DNA from: an uncultured Gammaproteobacteria bacterium
GTDB lineage: Bacteria; Patescibacteriota; Microgenomatia; Levybacterales; GWA1-39-11
Assembly: GCA_964472415.1 (NCBI GenBank)
Contig: CAYYLC010000001.1
Coordinates: 67,269-131,268 of the forward strand
Direction of reading: 5' to 3'
DNA length: 64,000 bases
The notes below the pieces were generated by a model. That model was not told where the DNA came from, did not search any database, and saw nothing but the letters and a program-made list of their open reading frames with translations. This document shows positions 56,108 to 64,000 of the stretch, in pieces (position 1 is the first letter of the stretch; each line of letters begins with the position of its first letter). The position numbers and the translations under genes were made by a program.

Positions 56108-57745
56108 TTGCAGTATATCATGAAAAAATGGAAAATATTAACTTCAGAAACAGTCAAATCTGAAGATGATGTTATTAAAACACTTATTGCTGAAAGAAAT
56201 TTTGATGAGTCATTTCTTCACCCTAGACTATCTAATCTCACGATAGAAAAATCTGGGATTGATAAAAAGGAATTACAGAAAGCAATCATTCGGATCCAGG
56301 AGGCAATTAAAAAAAATGAAAAGATCGTAATTTTAGGAGATTATGATGTAGATGGGATTTGTGCATCTGCAATTTTATGGGAAACGATTTATAAAAAATA
56401 TAAAAATATCTTCCCTTATATCCCTGATAGATTTTCTGAAGGATATGGTATTTCAGAAAAAACGTTAGAGAATATTTTAGAAAAATATCCCGATGTGAAA
56501 CTCATCATAACAGTAGATAACGGGATCGTGGCAGTAGGACCTGTGGAGATCGCAAAAGAAAAAGGAATAGACGTGGTTATTACTGATCATCATGTTGCGG
56601 GAGAATTATTACCAGATGCGTATGCTATCGTGCATACTACATATTTTTGCGGTGCAGGGGTTGCATGGATGTTAGCACGCGAATTAGGATTTGAAGATGA
56701 TGAAGCAATGCAGGAAAAATTAGAGCTTGCGTGTCTTGCGACTATTGCAGATCTGGTGCCACTTACTGATTTGAATAGAGTTATCGTGATTTTTGGACTT
56801 GAGTATTTGCGAAAGACGCGTCGACCAGGATTGCAAGAGCTTTATAAATCTGCAGGAATTGAATCGGAAAAAATTTCAGAGTATCACATTGGTCATGTAA
56901 TTGGTCCCAGAATCAATGCAAGCGGAAGAGTCTTTCATGCGATAGAAAGCCTCAGATTGCTTTGTACAAATGATAAGAGATATGCTGAAAAAACTGCGCA
57001 ACATCTTGAGTCTACAAATAAAAAACGTCAGCAAATGGTATCGGATTCTGTGCAGCATGCAAAGCTTACAGTTCTCCAGAAAGACTTTGGGAAAATCATT
57101 GGAGTTAGTCATAAGACGTACTCTGAAGGAGTAGTTGGACTAATTTCCTCAAGACTTGTTGAGGAGTACTATCGTCCGGCATTTGCAATCTCTGCCGGAG
57201 AGACCGTATCAAAAGGTTCTGCTCGAAGTATCCACGGAGTAAATATTATAGAGCTCTTGCGTTCAGTTTCTCATCTCCTAATAGAACTTGGTGGACATCC
57301 GATGGCTGCAGGATTTTCTTTGGAGACTGCAAAGATTGGAGATTTTTTTGTAGCGCTTGAGGAGAAGCTAATAGGGATAGATGAAGAGATTTTTCAGAAG
57401 ACGCTCGATATAGATATGGAGCTTCCGGTAGAAATTATTACAAAGTCTTTGTATAAGAGGTTGCAGAAATTATCTCCGTTTGGAATTGCAAATCGAGAAC
57501 CAATTTTTGCAACACGGGAAATCTTTGTAAAAGATATACGTTTCTTGGGAAAAGATAAATCTCATCTTAAATTGAAGATTGAAAAGAGTGGAGAAAAATT
57601 TGATGCAATTGGGTTTGGCCTAGCACAAAAATATGAATTGAGAGTTGGGGGGAAAATAAATATTGCCTACACTTTAAGTCTTAATGAATGGAGGAATGCA
57701 GAGACACTCCAATTTATAGTTAAGGATATTATCGTTTTAGATTGA
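56108..57745 (+). CDS. recJ: single-stranded-DNA-specific exonuclease RecJ
   Basis: DHH motifs ILGDYDVDGI and ITDHH, DHHA1 GGHPMAAGF; ATG at 56120 is a likely alternative start. Confidence 0.85.
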   Translation: MQYIMKKWKILTSETVKSEDDVIKTLIAERNFDESFLHPRLSNLTIEKSGIDKKELQKAIIRIQEAIKKNEKIVILGDYDVDGICASAILWETIYKKYKNIFPYIPDRFSEGYGISEKTLENILEKYPDVKLIITVDNGIVAVGPVEIAKEKGIDVVITDHHVAGELLPDAYAIVHTTYFCGAGVAWMLARELGFEDDEAMQEKLELACLATIADLVPLTDLNRVIVIFGLEYLRKTRRPGLQELYKSAGIESEKISEYHIGHVIGPRINASGRVFHAIESLRLLCTNDKRYAEKTAQHLESTNKKRQQMVSDSVQHAKLTVLQKDFGKIIGVSHKTYSEGVVGLISSRLVEEYYRPAFAISAGETVSKGSARSIHGVNIIELLRSVSHLLIELGGHPMAAGFSLETAKIGDFFVALEEKLIGIDEEIFQKTLDIDMELPVEIITKSLYKRLQKLSPFGIANREPIFATREIFVKDIRFLGKDKSHLKLKIEKSGEKFDAIGFGLAQKYELRVGGKINIAYTLSLNEWRNAETLQFIVKDIIVLD

Positions 57746-57746
57746 T

Positions 57747-58157
57747 TTATATATTATTATTTGGTAATTGGTTTGTCAGGAGATATTCTTCCTGTTCTCT
57801 CATGATTTGATGTCTTCTCCGAGGTTTTTTCTTAGATTCTTTTGAAGAGACACCTTCATTATCTTTTTTAATCGGAAGAATATCTGGGATTATTTCGTTG
57901 AGCGCATCAATCACATGCGGTGCTTTGCCAATATCTGTCATGGCAAGCGTTACGTTATTAACATTTCGAGTTACATCAACACTTGGCACGTTGGCATTTC
58001 TCAAAAGTTCTCTATAGCCTGGTATTACCTGAGAAGCTGCTTCAAGCAAAAGAGATTCATCTGAGCACAATATCCGTGCCTCTCTTGATGCGTGTATTTG
58101 TTGTCGTTCTTTCATTTTGACAATAAAAAAACTCCCGTATATATTTGGGAGTTTCAT
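57747..58157 (-). CDS. hypothetical protein (136 aa)
   Basis: ORF with AGGA 7 nt upstream of ATG 58157; a second in-frame ATG at 58115; the N-terminal codons coincide with a terminator-like hairpin. Confidence 0.4.
   Translation of the reverse strand: MKLPNIYGSFFIVKMKERQQIHASREARILCSDESLLLEAASQVIPGYRELLRNANVPSVDVTRNVNNVTLAMTDIGKAPHVIDALNEIIPDILPIKKDNEGVSSKESKKKPRRRHQIMREQEEYLLTNQLPNNNI
58118..58152 (-). terminator. intrinsic-terminator-like hairpin on the minus strand (GC stem ~8 bp, 10-nt loop, U7)
   Basis: Minus strand reads AAACTCCC-aaatatatac-GGGAGTTTTTTT; an upstream copy GGGGAGTTTT (plus 58172-58181) offers an alternative pairing partner. Confidence 0.45.
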
Positions 58158-58240
58158 AAAATGTCCTACACAAAACTCCCCTAGGCCTTAAAGGCTTTGG
58201 AGTAGATATTAATGTATAGGCAAATATTCATCGCCAGACG

Positions 58241-58270
58241 ATTATAGACCTGCTTCGGAAGATTTGTCAA
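58241..58270 (-). promoter_or_regulatory. sigma70-like promoter on the minus strand (TTGACA-18 nt-TATAAT)
   Basis: Plus-strand complements TGTCAA 58265-58270 and ATTATA 58241-58246; points toward gene 57747-58157. Confidence 0.45.
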
Positions 58271-58320
58271 TAGTAAGATGCTCTGAAGGAATTTGTGCTT
58301 GTGTGATATTATATCTAAAT

Positions 58321-59673
58321 ATGAATGAACACAGAGTGCTTGCACTTGAGGCTAATGAGAAGATAGGAGAAACAGTTTTTGTAAAAGGTTTTATTCAGCG
58401 AGTTCGACTTCATGGAAAGCTTGCGTTTTTTGATCTGCGCGATAGAACCGGGATAATTCAAGTCGTGACAGTAAGCGAAGAAGTCATAGAGGAATTATCG
58501 AATTTGCAGGTCCAGTCAGTTGTAGAATTTAGAGGGCTTGTAAAAGAGCGAGGGCAGCGATATAAAAATGAAAATCTTCCAACAGGAAGGATAGAAATAG
58601 AGGTGATCTCAGATTTTAGTGTTTTATCAAAGGCAGATATAATGCCGTTTGATATGGGAGTTGAAGAGTTAAACCTCCAGCTCCCAACACTCCTTGATTA
58701 TCGGACACTCGCCTTGAGAAATAAAAAGGTTGCAGATATATTTTTGGTTCAGGCGTCTATCTTGAAGGGATTTCGAAATGCTGCCGAAAAGCAAGATGCA
58801 ACGGAAATTGTTGTTCCGACAATTTCTGCTTCTGCGACAGAAGGAGGAGCAGAAGTTTTTCCTGTTAAATACTATGACCATGATGCCTATCTTACGCAGA
58901 GCCCACAGCTGTATAAGCAGATGATGGTACCAGTGTTTGAACGAGTCTTTACGATATCTCATGCATATCGAGCAGAGCCTTCCGTTACGACTCGTCATCT
59001 TTCAGAAAATACTCAGCTGGATATGGAGATAGGATTTGTAAACTTTTCTGAGCTTTTAGATATTTTAGAAACAGTAATTACGGATACACTTAAGTTTGCA
59101 GAAGAAAGAAATCGAGAAATTCTTTCTGCATATGGAGTTGAAAGAATTGCATTTGATAGTATTCCAAGATTGAAACTTTCTGAAGCTCAAGAAATTATTT
59201 ATCAAGAGTTTAATCGTGATGTTCGTGGAGAGAAGGATTTAGGGCCACAGGATGAAGTGGATATTTCAGCTTGGGCGCTCAAGAATCATAACTCAGATTT
59301 GGTTACGATTACACACTTCCCTACAAAAAAGCGAGCGTTTTATACAATGCCGGATCCAGAGAATCCAGAATTGAGCCTTTCATTTGATATTTTATTTAGA
59401 GGTGTAGAAATTTCCAGTGGAAGTCAGAGAATTCATGACTATGAAAAACTAGTTATCGCAATTAAAGATCGCGGTATGGATCCTGAAAATTTTTCTTTAT
59501 ATCTCCAATCTTTTCAGTATGGGATGCCACCTGAAGGGGGATTTTCCTTTGGACTTGAGCGGATAACTATGCACATGTTGAACCTTGCAAATGTCCGTGA
59601 AGCGTCGTTGTTCCCAAGAGATATGGAGCGCGTTGATGTTCGCCTTAAAGAAATCCAAAAGAAAAACAAATAA
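58321..59673 (+). CDS. aspS: aspartate--tRNA ligase, archaeal/type-2 (possibly non-discriminating); AsnRS not excluded
   Basis: OB-fold N-terminus, class II motifs FRNAAEKQD..., TQSPQLYKQ, HAYRAEPS, GGFSFGLERITMHML; start set at MNEHRV (58321), track start is upstream. Confidence 0.7.
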   Translation: MNEHRVLALEANEKIGETVFVKGFIQRVRLHGKLAFFDLRDRTGIIQVVTVSEEVIEELSNLQVQSVVEFRGLVKERGQRYKNENLPTGRIEIEVISDFSVLSKADIMPFDMGVEELNLQLPTLLDYRTLALRNKKVADIFLVQASILKGFRNAAEKQDATEIVVPTISASATEGGAEVFPVKYYDHDAYLTQSPQLYKQMMVPVFERVFTISHAYRAEPSVTTRHLSENTQLDMEIGFVNFSELLDILETVITDTLKFAEERNREILSAYGVERIAFDSIPRLKLSEAQEIIYQEFNRDVRGEKDLGPQDEVDISAWALKNHNSDLVTITHFPTKKRAFYTMPDPENPELSLSFDILFRGVEISSGSQRIHDYEKLVIAIKDRGMDPENFSLYLQSFQYGMPPEGGFSFGLERITMHMLNLANVREASLFPRDMERVDVRLKEIQKKNK

Positions 59674-60601
59674 AAAAGCCCCACAATCTCAGGGAAAAAA
59701 GATATTGTATGTTTTTTTGCTCATATTAGGAGCGAATTGTATCGTTTTATTTTTTCTTATATATTTTATTGTAAAACTCTATATGGTATCAGCGAGCTCT
59801 TCCACTCAGAGCGAAATACCAATTACATCTCTCCCACAGATGAGTGACAATTCTGAGATTCTCGTTTCTGCCAGATCCTACACAGTATATGATCCAGCAG
59901 TTCGTACGGTGATTTTCTCTAAAAATCCCAAGTTGCGAATCTCTCCCGCATCTTCCATAAAAATACTTACGGCACTGGTTGCGCTCGATGCATATCCATT
60001 GCAGCAGTATTTAACGGTTAATACAACAGCTTCTCCTGATGAGTCAAAAATGGGTTTGTATTGGGGAGAGGAGGTAAATGTTGAAAACTTATTATACGGG
60101 TTGCTTCTTGCTTCTGGGAATGATGCAGCAAAAACTTTGGCGGGAAATTTCTTAGGAGGCTCAGATATGTTTGTAAAAGCTATGAATGAAAAAGCAAAAA
60201 TTATTGGTCTTTCAGAATCACAATTTTATGATCCAAGCGGATATCTAGATCAGAATTACTCTACGGCATCAGATCTGGCACGCCTAGGAGCACATGCGAT
60301 GCAGAATGAGATAATCCGAAGAATTGTAGGAACGAGAAACTATGTTGCTCATGATAAGTATGGCATGGCTATGCATCCATTGGTGAATCTGAATGAACTT
60401 CTTATAAACCCGAATGTTACTGGGATAAAAACAGGATTTACCAATGAAGCAGGCGGTGTTTTGATAACAAATTATGTTCATGAAGGTCGGAATTTAATAA
60501 TCGTTGTTATGAAGAGTGAAGATAGGTTCTATGATACAAGGACAATTATTGATGCGATACAGAAGAGAGTTACCTATTCAGATATTGGAGCTGCGCTTTG
60601 A
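59636..60601 (+). CDS. serine-type D-Ala-D-Ala carboxypeptidase (peptidase S11, PBP5-like), N-terminal TM
   Basis: SxxK ASSIK, SxN SGND, KTG GIKTGFT; start uncertain (track TTG 59585, ATG 59636 or later); overlaps the aspS 3' end. Confidence 0.7.
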   Translation: MFALKKSKRKTNKKAPQSQGKKILYVFLLILGANCIVLFFLIYFIVKLYMVSASSSTQSEIPITSLPQMSDNSEILVSARSYTVYDPAVRTVIFSKNPKLRISPASSIKILTALVALDAYPLQQYLTVNTTASPDESKMGLYWGEEVNVENLLYGLLLASGNDAAKTLAGNFLGGSDMFVKAMNEKAKIIGLSESQFYDPSGYLDQNYSTASDLARLGAHAMQNEIIRRIVGTRNYVAHDKYGMAMHPLVNLNELLINPNVTGIKTGFTNEAGGVLITNYVHEGRNLIIVVMKSEDRFYDTRTIIDAIQKRVTYSDIGAAL

Positions 60602-61644
60602 ATATACTTTACAGCCGAAATATAAGCGACTACATCAGCTCCTTCAAAAACTACCACTGGTTGCACATATTCTGAAGTAGTTTTATCAAGGTAGTACGCG
60701 AGATATACATTGGTGAATTGAATATCCGTTTTATTGGTTGGGTTATACAGATACCCATTTCCATTTTTAAGTTCTTCGAATGCTTCCTCTGCAGTTTTTA
60801 TTGGATAATCAGAAAAATCATCAAGCAAAATTGTATAAGCATATACTTCTCCTTGCAGGATAGCGACTCGGCTTCGAGATGGGTAAGAGATGAGGAGGCT
60901 AGTAAGAGAGATATCGGGCTCTGGGTAAACAAATGGAAATGGAGTCTTGCTGAGCTCGTTCTGAATAGGTTTATGGTTGAGATTTATCCGTGCAATTTTT
61001 GCATTAAAGATACTGTCTAGCGGTGTTAGGGTAGGTCCATTAACAGTAAAATATTGGATGTTTGGGTCAAATTCTAAACTTGTTTGATTTACTTTTAGTG
61101 TTGTAAGAAATTCTGCTACATGTTGCCTGATTCTGTCTTCATCAGGGAATCCAGAATTTGTGAGGATGTTCGGGAATGCGAGGTAGTTGGATTGGATAGT
61201 AAAGTTTTTAGTGACCGTGTCATATTGGATAGATGGATTATGAGTAAAATTAGGATTTGTCCATTGGTATACGTTTTCTGAGATGACAATTTCCTGATCT
61301 GTAAATCCTGCATTTCCAACAATTATTCGAGAGTTTTGGATTGCAAGCAAATCTGATTTTGGCTGAGCGATACGATATACATACATTTTGCTCGGGAGTA
61401 TAGGAAGTCTGCCATTAGTAGTATTGATTTGATATGTTATGTTCCCTGTAGGTGGGGTAAATTTCAGCCCAGGAAGTTCTCCGAATGCCTGTTCTGGCAT
61501 TATAGGAGGTGGGGGATTAACTATGTTCATGATAAATCCGCCAATTGTAAATAGTATATAAATCCCAAATAGTATAGCAAGGATGATTGCGCAGAATTTG
61601 AGGAGCGTTCGTGATTTTTCTGTTATTTTCGCAAGTGATGACAT
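60574..61644 (-). CDS. hypothetical membrane-anchored extracytoplasmic protein (356 aa)
   Basis: N-terminal TM FCAIILAILFGIYILFTIGGFIM then Pro-rich linker and a large soluble domain; 3' end overlaps the dacA-like gene by 28 nt. Confidence 0.4.
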   Translation of the reverse strand: MSSLAKITEKSRTLLKFCAIILAILFGIYILFTIGGFIMNIVNPPPPIMPEQAFGELPGLKFTPPTGNITYQINTTNGRLPILPSKMYVYRIAQPKSDLLAIQNSRIIVGNAGFTDQEIVISENVYQWTNPNFTHNPSIQYDTVTKNFTIQSNYLAFPNILTNSGFPDEDRIRQHVAEFLTTLKVNQTSLEFDPNIQYFTVNGPTLTPLDSIFNAKIARINLNHKPIQNELSKTPFPFVYPEPDISLTSLLISYPSRSRVAILQGEVYAYTILLDDFSDYPIKTAEEAFEELKNGNGYLYNPTNKTDIQFTNVYLAYYLDKTTSEYVQPVVVFEGADVVAYISAVKYIQSAAPISE

Positions 61645-61696
61645 AGATTCGATTTATCTTGAGTATAGGTAAATATTAGGTTAAAATGCAATAGTA

Positions 61697-62926
61697 ATGA
61701 GCCAATCTATGAAATCTCGTGTTCGATATGCGCCAAGTCCTACTGGTATCCCACATGTGGGAAATATAAGAACTGCATTATTCGATTACTTTTTCGCAAA
61801 ATCAAATGGCGGTGAGTTTATATTGCGTCTTGAGGATACGGATCAAGCAAGAAAAACAGAAGGAGCGATAGAGGCGATTGAAGAAAGCTTGAATTGGCTG
61901 GGAGCTTCGTGGGATGAGTATGTAGTGCAGTCGAAGCGACTTTCCGAATACCAAAAATATGCAAAGAAGCTTGTAGAAAAAGGAAAAGCTGTTGAAGAAG
62001 AAGGAGCAATTCGATTCATTACTCCAAAAGATCATGGCCCAATTTATTGGGAGGATGCGATTGGGGACAGGACTATTTCTTTTGAGGCGAACGAAGTTGA
62101 TAATTTTATAATCCTAAAAAAAGATGGGTATCCTACATATCATTTGGCAAATGTTGTAGATGATCATCTTATGAATATTACGCATGTAATTCGTGGTGAT
62201 GATTGGATATCTTCTACTCCAAAGCATATTTTGCTATATGAGGCGTTTGGATGGGAAAGTCCTATATTTGCACATGTGCCAAATGTCATGGGGACTGATG
62301 GAAAGAAATTATCTAAAAGACGTGGTGCGAAAAGTGTTTTGGAATATAAAAAAGAAGGTTTTCTTCCAGAAGCAGTATTAAATTATTTAATGCTCCTTGG
62401 CTGGGCGCCAAAAGATGACAAGACTATTGTTTCCCGAGAAGAAGTTATAGCAGAATTCAATCTTTCCGATGTGAGTGTTTCACCGGGGATTTTTGATGAG
62501 AAGAAATTGACTTGGATGAATGGAGAGTATATCCGGAGTCTTAGCGAGGAAGATTTTAGACAACGGGTTTTTGAATTTGATTCAGATTTGCGGAGTTATG
62601 ATGATGCGTTAATTTCTGCATTGATGCCTCTTGCAAAAACCCGTATGCGAACACTTTCAGATTTTAGATTACTTGTCTTGCCATTCGTGGAAGAAAGAGT
62701 CCTTCCAAAGGGAGAAATTCGTGAGGGGTTTTTTGGAGTACTTTCTCAAGTTGAAGATTGGGAATTGGAAAACATAGTCTCTGCATTAAAAAATTTTGTG
62801 ATGGATAGGCAAATCAAATTCCCTGATTTATATGAGGCGATTATTGGTGAGCGAAAAGGCTTGCCATTGGGAGATGTGTTTGAAATTTTAGGCAAAGAAA
62901 GAACGCTTTTGCTTCTTAAAAAATAA
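61697..62926 (+). CDS. gltX: glutamate--tRNA ligase (short form, 409 aa)
   Basis: RYAPSPTGIPHVGNIRTA (HIGH), KLSKRRG (KMSKS), GluRS catalytic core; short anticodon-binding region. Confidence 0.8.
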   Translation: MSQSMKSRVRYAPSPTGIPHVGNIRTALFDYFFAKSNGGEFILRLEDTDQARKTEGAIEAIEESLNWLGASWDEYVVQSKRLSEYQKYAKKLVEKGKAVEEEGAIRFITPKDHGPIYWEDAIGDRTISFEANEVDNFIILKKDGYPTYHLANVVDDHLMNITHVIRGDDWISSTPKHILLYEAFGWESPIFAHVPNVMGTDGKKLSKRRGAKSVLEYKKEGFLPEAVLNYLMLLGWAPKDDKTIVSREEVIAEFNLSDVSVSPGIFDEKKLTWMNGEYIRSLSEEDFRQRVFEFDSDLRSYDDALISALMPLAKTRMRTLSDFRLLVLPFVEERVLPKGEIREGFFGVLSQVEDWELENIVSALKNFVMDRQIKFPDLYEAIIGERKGLPLGDVFEILGKERTLLLLKK

Positions 62927-62967
62927 TTATTTGCAAAAAGATATAAAATTAGTGTTCAATAAGATAC

Positions 62968-63336
62968 ATGATAAAACCACGAAAACTTATGAGTTCTTTC
63001 CCTTATGCACTGGATGGACTTTATCTTGCAGTAAAACTTGATCAGAATGTTAGATTTCATCTTATCGTAAGCGTGATAGTTTTGCTGTTCTCTTTTTATT
63101 TTAAAATAACTGTTATTGAGTTTTTGTTTGTTTTGCTTGCGATATTTTTTGTATTAATTTCTGAAATGGTAAATACGGCGATAGAGGAGATGACAAATCT
63201 TATCACTCGTGAACATCATGAGAATGCAAAAGTAGCAAAAGATATTGCTGCAGGAGCAGTGCTACTTTCCGTAATATTCTCAGTTGTCATAGGGGTAATT
63301 ATTTTTATTCCGAGAGTGCTCTCCCTCCTTAGTTAA
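62968..63336 (+). CDS. dgkA: diacylglycerol kinase family protein
   Basis: Three TMs and EMVNTAIEEMTN signature of prokaryotic DAGK. Confidence 0.8.
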   Translation: MIKPRKLMSSFPYALDGLYLAVKLDQNVRFHLIVSVIVLLFSFYFKITVIEFLFVLLAIFFVLISEMVNTAIEEMTNLITREHHENAKVAKDIAAGAVLLSVIFSVVIGVIIFIPRVLSLLS

Positions 63337-63593
63337 TTTTTATCACTCGAATGTGTATGTGCCGTGGTGAGTGCGAGAATCTCAGTCATTTTTTTCACAA
63401 ATTTTTCTGCGTGTTCACGACTCATGCCGATCCGTGATACGACTTGAATTTGATTTGAATTGCCAACTTTTTGACAGATATCAAGCGTTACACCATCAGG
63501 ATTCACGTTAATAAAAACTGTATCAGTGTAGAGAATATGTACTTTCTCAGGATTCATCGTTACATTAAATTGTGGTTTATCTTCTTTTGCCAT
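63333..63593 (-). CDS. small conserved protein (DUF3467-like)
   Basis: ATG 63593 preceded by AAGGAGGTGA; the track's GTG start at 63608 lies inside that SD. Confidence 0.5.
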   Translation of the reverse strand: MAKEDKPQFNVTMNPEKVHILYTDTVFINVNPDGVTLDICQKVGNSNQIQVVSRIGMSREHAEKFVKKMTEILALTTAHTHSSDKN

Positions 63594-63758
63594 AATATGT
63601 TTAATCACCTCCTTGTAAGTATTTTCTTACAGTATGCAGGTAGCGCGAGTCTCGTGTAGTCTTTGTGCTGCTTTTTATTTGTTTTTGGAGTGTTTTTGAA
63701 GTCAGAATGATTGGTAAATTTTTCATGCGGTTTATTATAGCGTAATTTAGACTCTTCA

Positions 63759-63768
63759 TGCTATAATA
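63759..63768 (+). promoter_or_regulatory. extended -10 box (TGcTATAAT) upstream of the RRM gene
   Basis: TGCTATAAT at 63759-63768, ~115 nt before the ATG at 63885. Confidence 0.35.
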
Positions 63769-63884
63769 CCACTTAGCTAGTACTTCTTAGATGCGTTACC
63801 AACAATAATTTTCCAAAAGATTTATTAATGGATTCACTGTATTCTAGGCATTTAGCATATTTTAAAAAAAGGAGGTGAATCATA

Positions 63885-64000
63885 TGAACAATAAACTATT
63901 CGTTGGGGGTCTTGCATGGGCGACTACTGATGACTCATTGAGAGAATTTTTCTCAACAGTCGGAACTGTTACTTCAGCAAATGTTATTTCAGATAAATAT
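63885..64000 (+). CDS. RRM-domain RNA-binding protein (3' end outside window)
   Basis: AAAGGAGGTGAATCAT SD then [23 protein letters not shown] (RNP-2 KLFVGGL). Confidence 0.85.

Noticed and set aside
59585-59635. TTG start at 59585 for the carboxypeptidase gene as given in the track
   Set aside because: It would overlap aspS by 89 nt. The signal-anchor sequence begins after the ATG at 59636, which is used as a compromise; the true start may lie further downstream.
1-64000. CRISPR arrays, tRNA or rRNA genes, transposases, integrases, phage structural genes
   Set aside because: No regularly spaced direct repeats, no tRNA-like T-loop/acceptor combinations in the intergenic gaps, and no recognisable mobile-element proteins were seen. 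The window appears to be core chromosome.

Overview
Low-GC (~38%), gene-dense window that looks like a CPR/Patescibacteria-type genome. It carries class I LysRS, an archaeal-type AspRS, short proteins, little intergenic space and many N-terminally membrane-anchored envelope proteins. It uses the standard genetic code: RF2 (prfB) is present and TGA is used as a stop. Most genes are housekeeping:
- Translation: class I LysRS, SerRS, AspRS, GluRS, RF2, and the t6A genes tsaD/tsaE/tsaC/tsaB, CCA-adding enzyme.
- Secretion and division: SecA, SecD/SecF, FtsE/FtsX plus an M23 peptidase.
- DNA metabolism: TopA, RecJ, RmuC and a UvrD-type helicase fused to a nuclease.
- Cell wall: Ddl, VanW, a DacA-like carboxypeptidase, CAP-domain, LytR_C and RlpA-like proteins.

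Read directly from sequence and not in the ORF track are an RNase P RNA gene (rnpB, 419-772) with its promoter, several sigma70-like promoters (two giving leaderless mRNAs) and hairpin/terminator structures.

The less ordinary parts:
- Two adjacent minus-strand genes (23370-27150) built from four GH130 (DUF377) beta-propeller modules.
- A 10-kb nucleotide-sugar island (39385-49390): dTDP-deoxyhexose, UDP-GlcA to UDP-Xyl, GDP-6-deoxyhexose, a GT2-GtrA fusion and a GT-C transferase.
- A small membrane protein translationally coupled to a 45-aa six-Cys peptide (27279-27655).
- A transglutaminase-like gene split by a +1 frameshift at a T6 run (23171-23176).
- An M23 peptidase domain that appears circularly permuted (34821-36053).
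- An attenuator-like element of mutually exclusive hairpins on the minus strand at 58118-58270.

No CRISPR array, tRNA, rRNA, transposase or integrase was recognised. All homology calls are motif recognition by eye; no searches were run.
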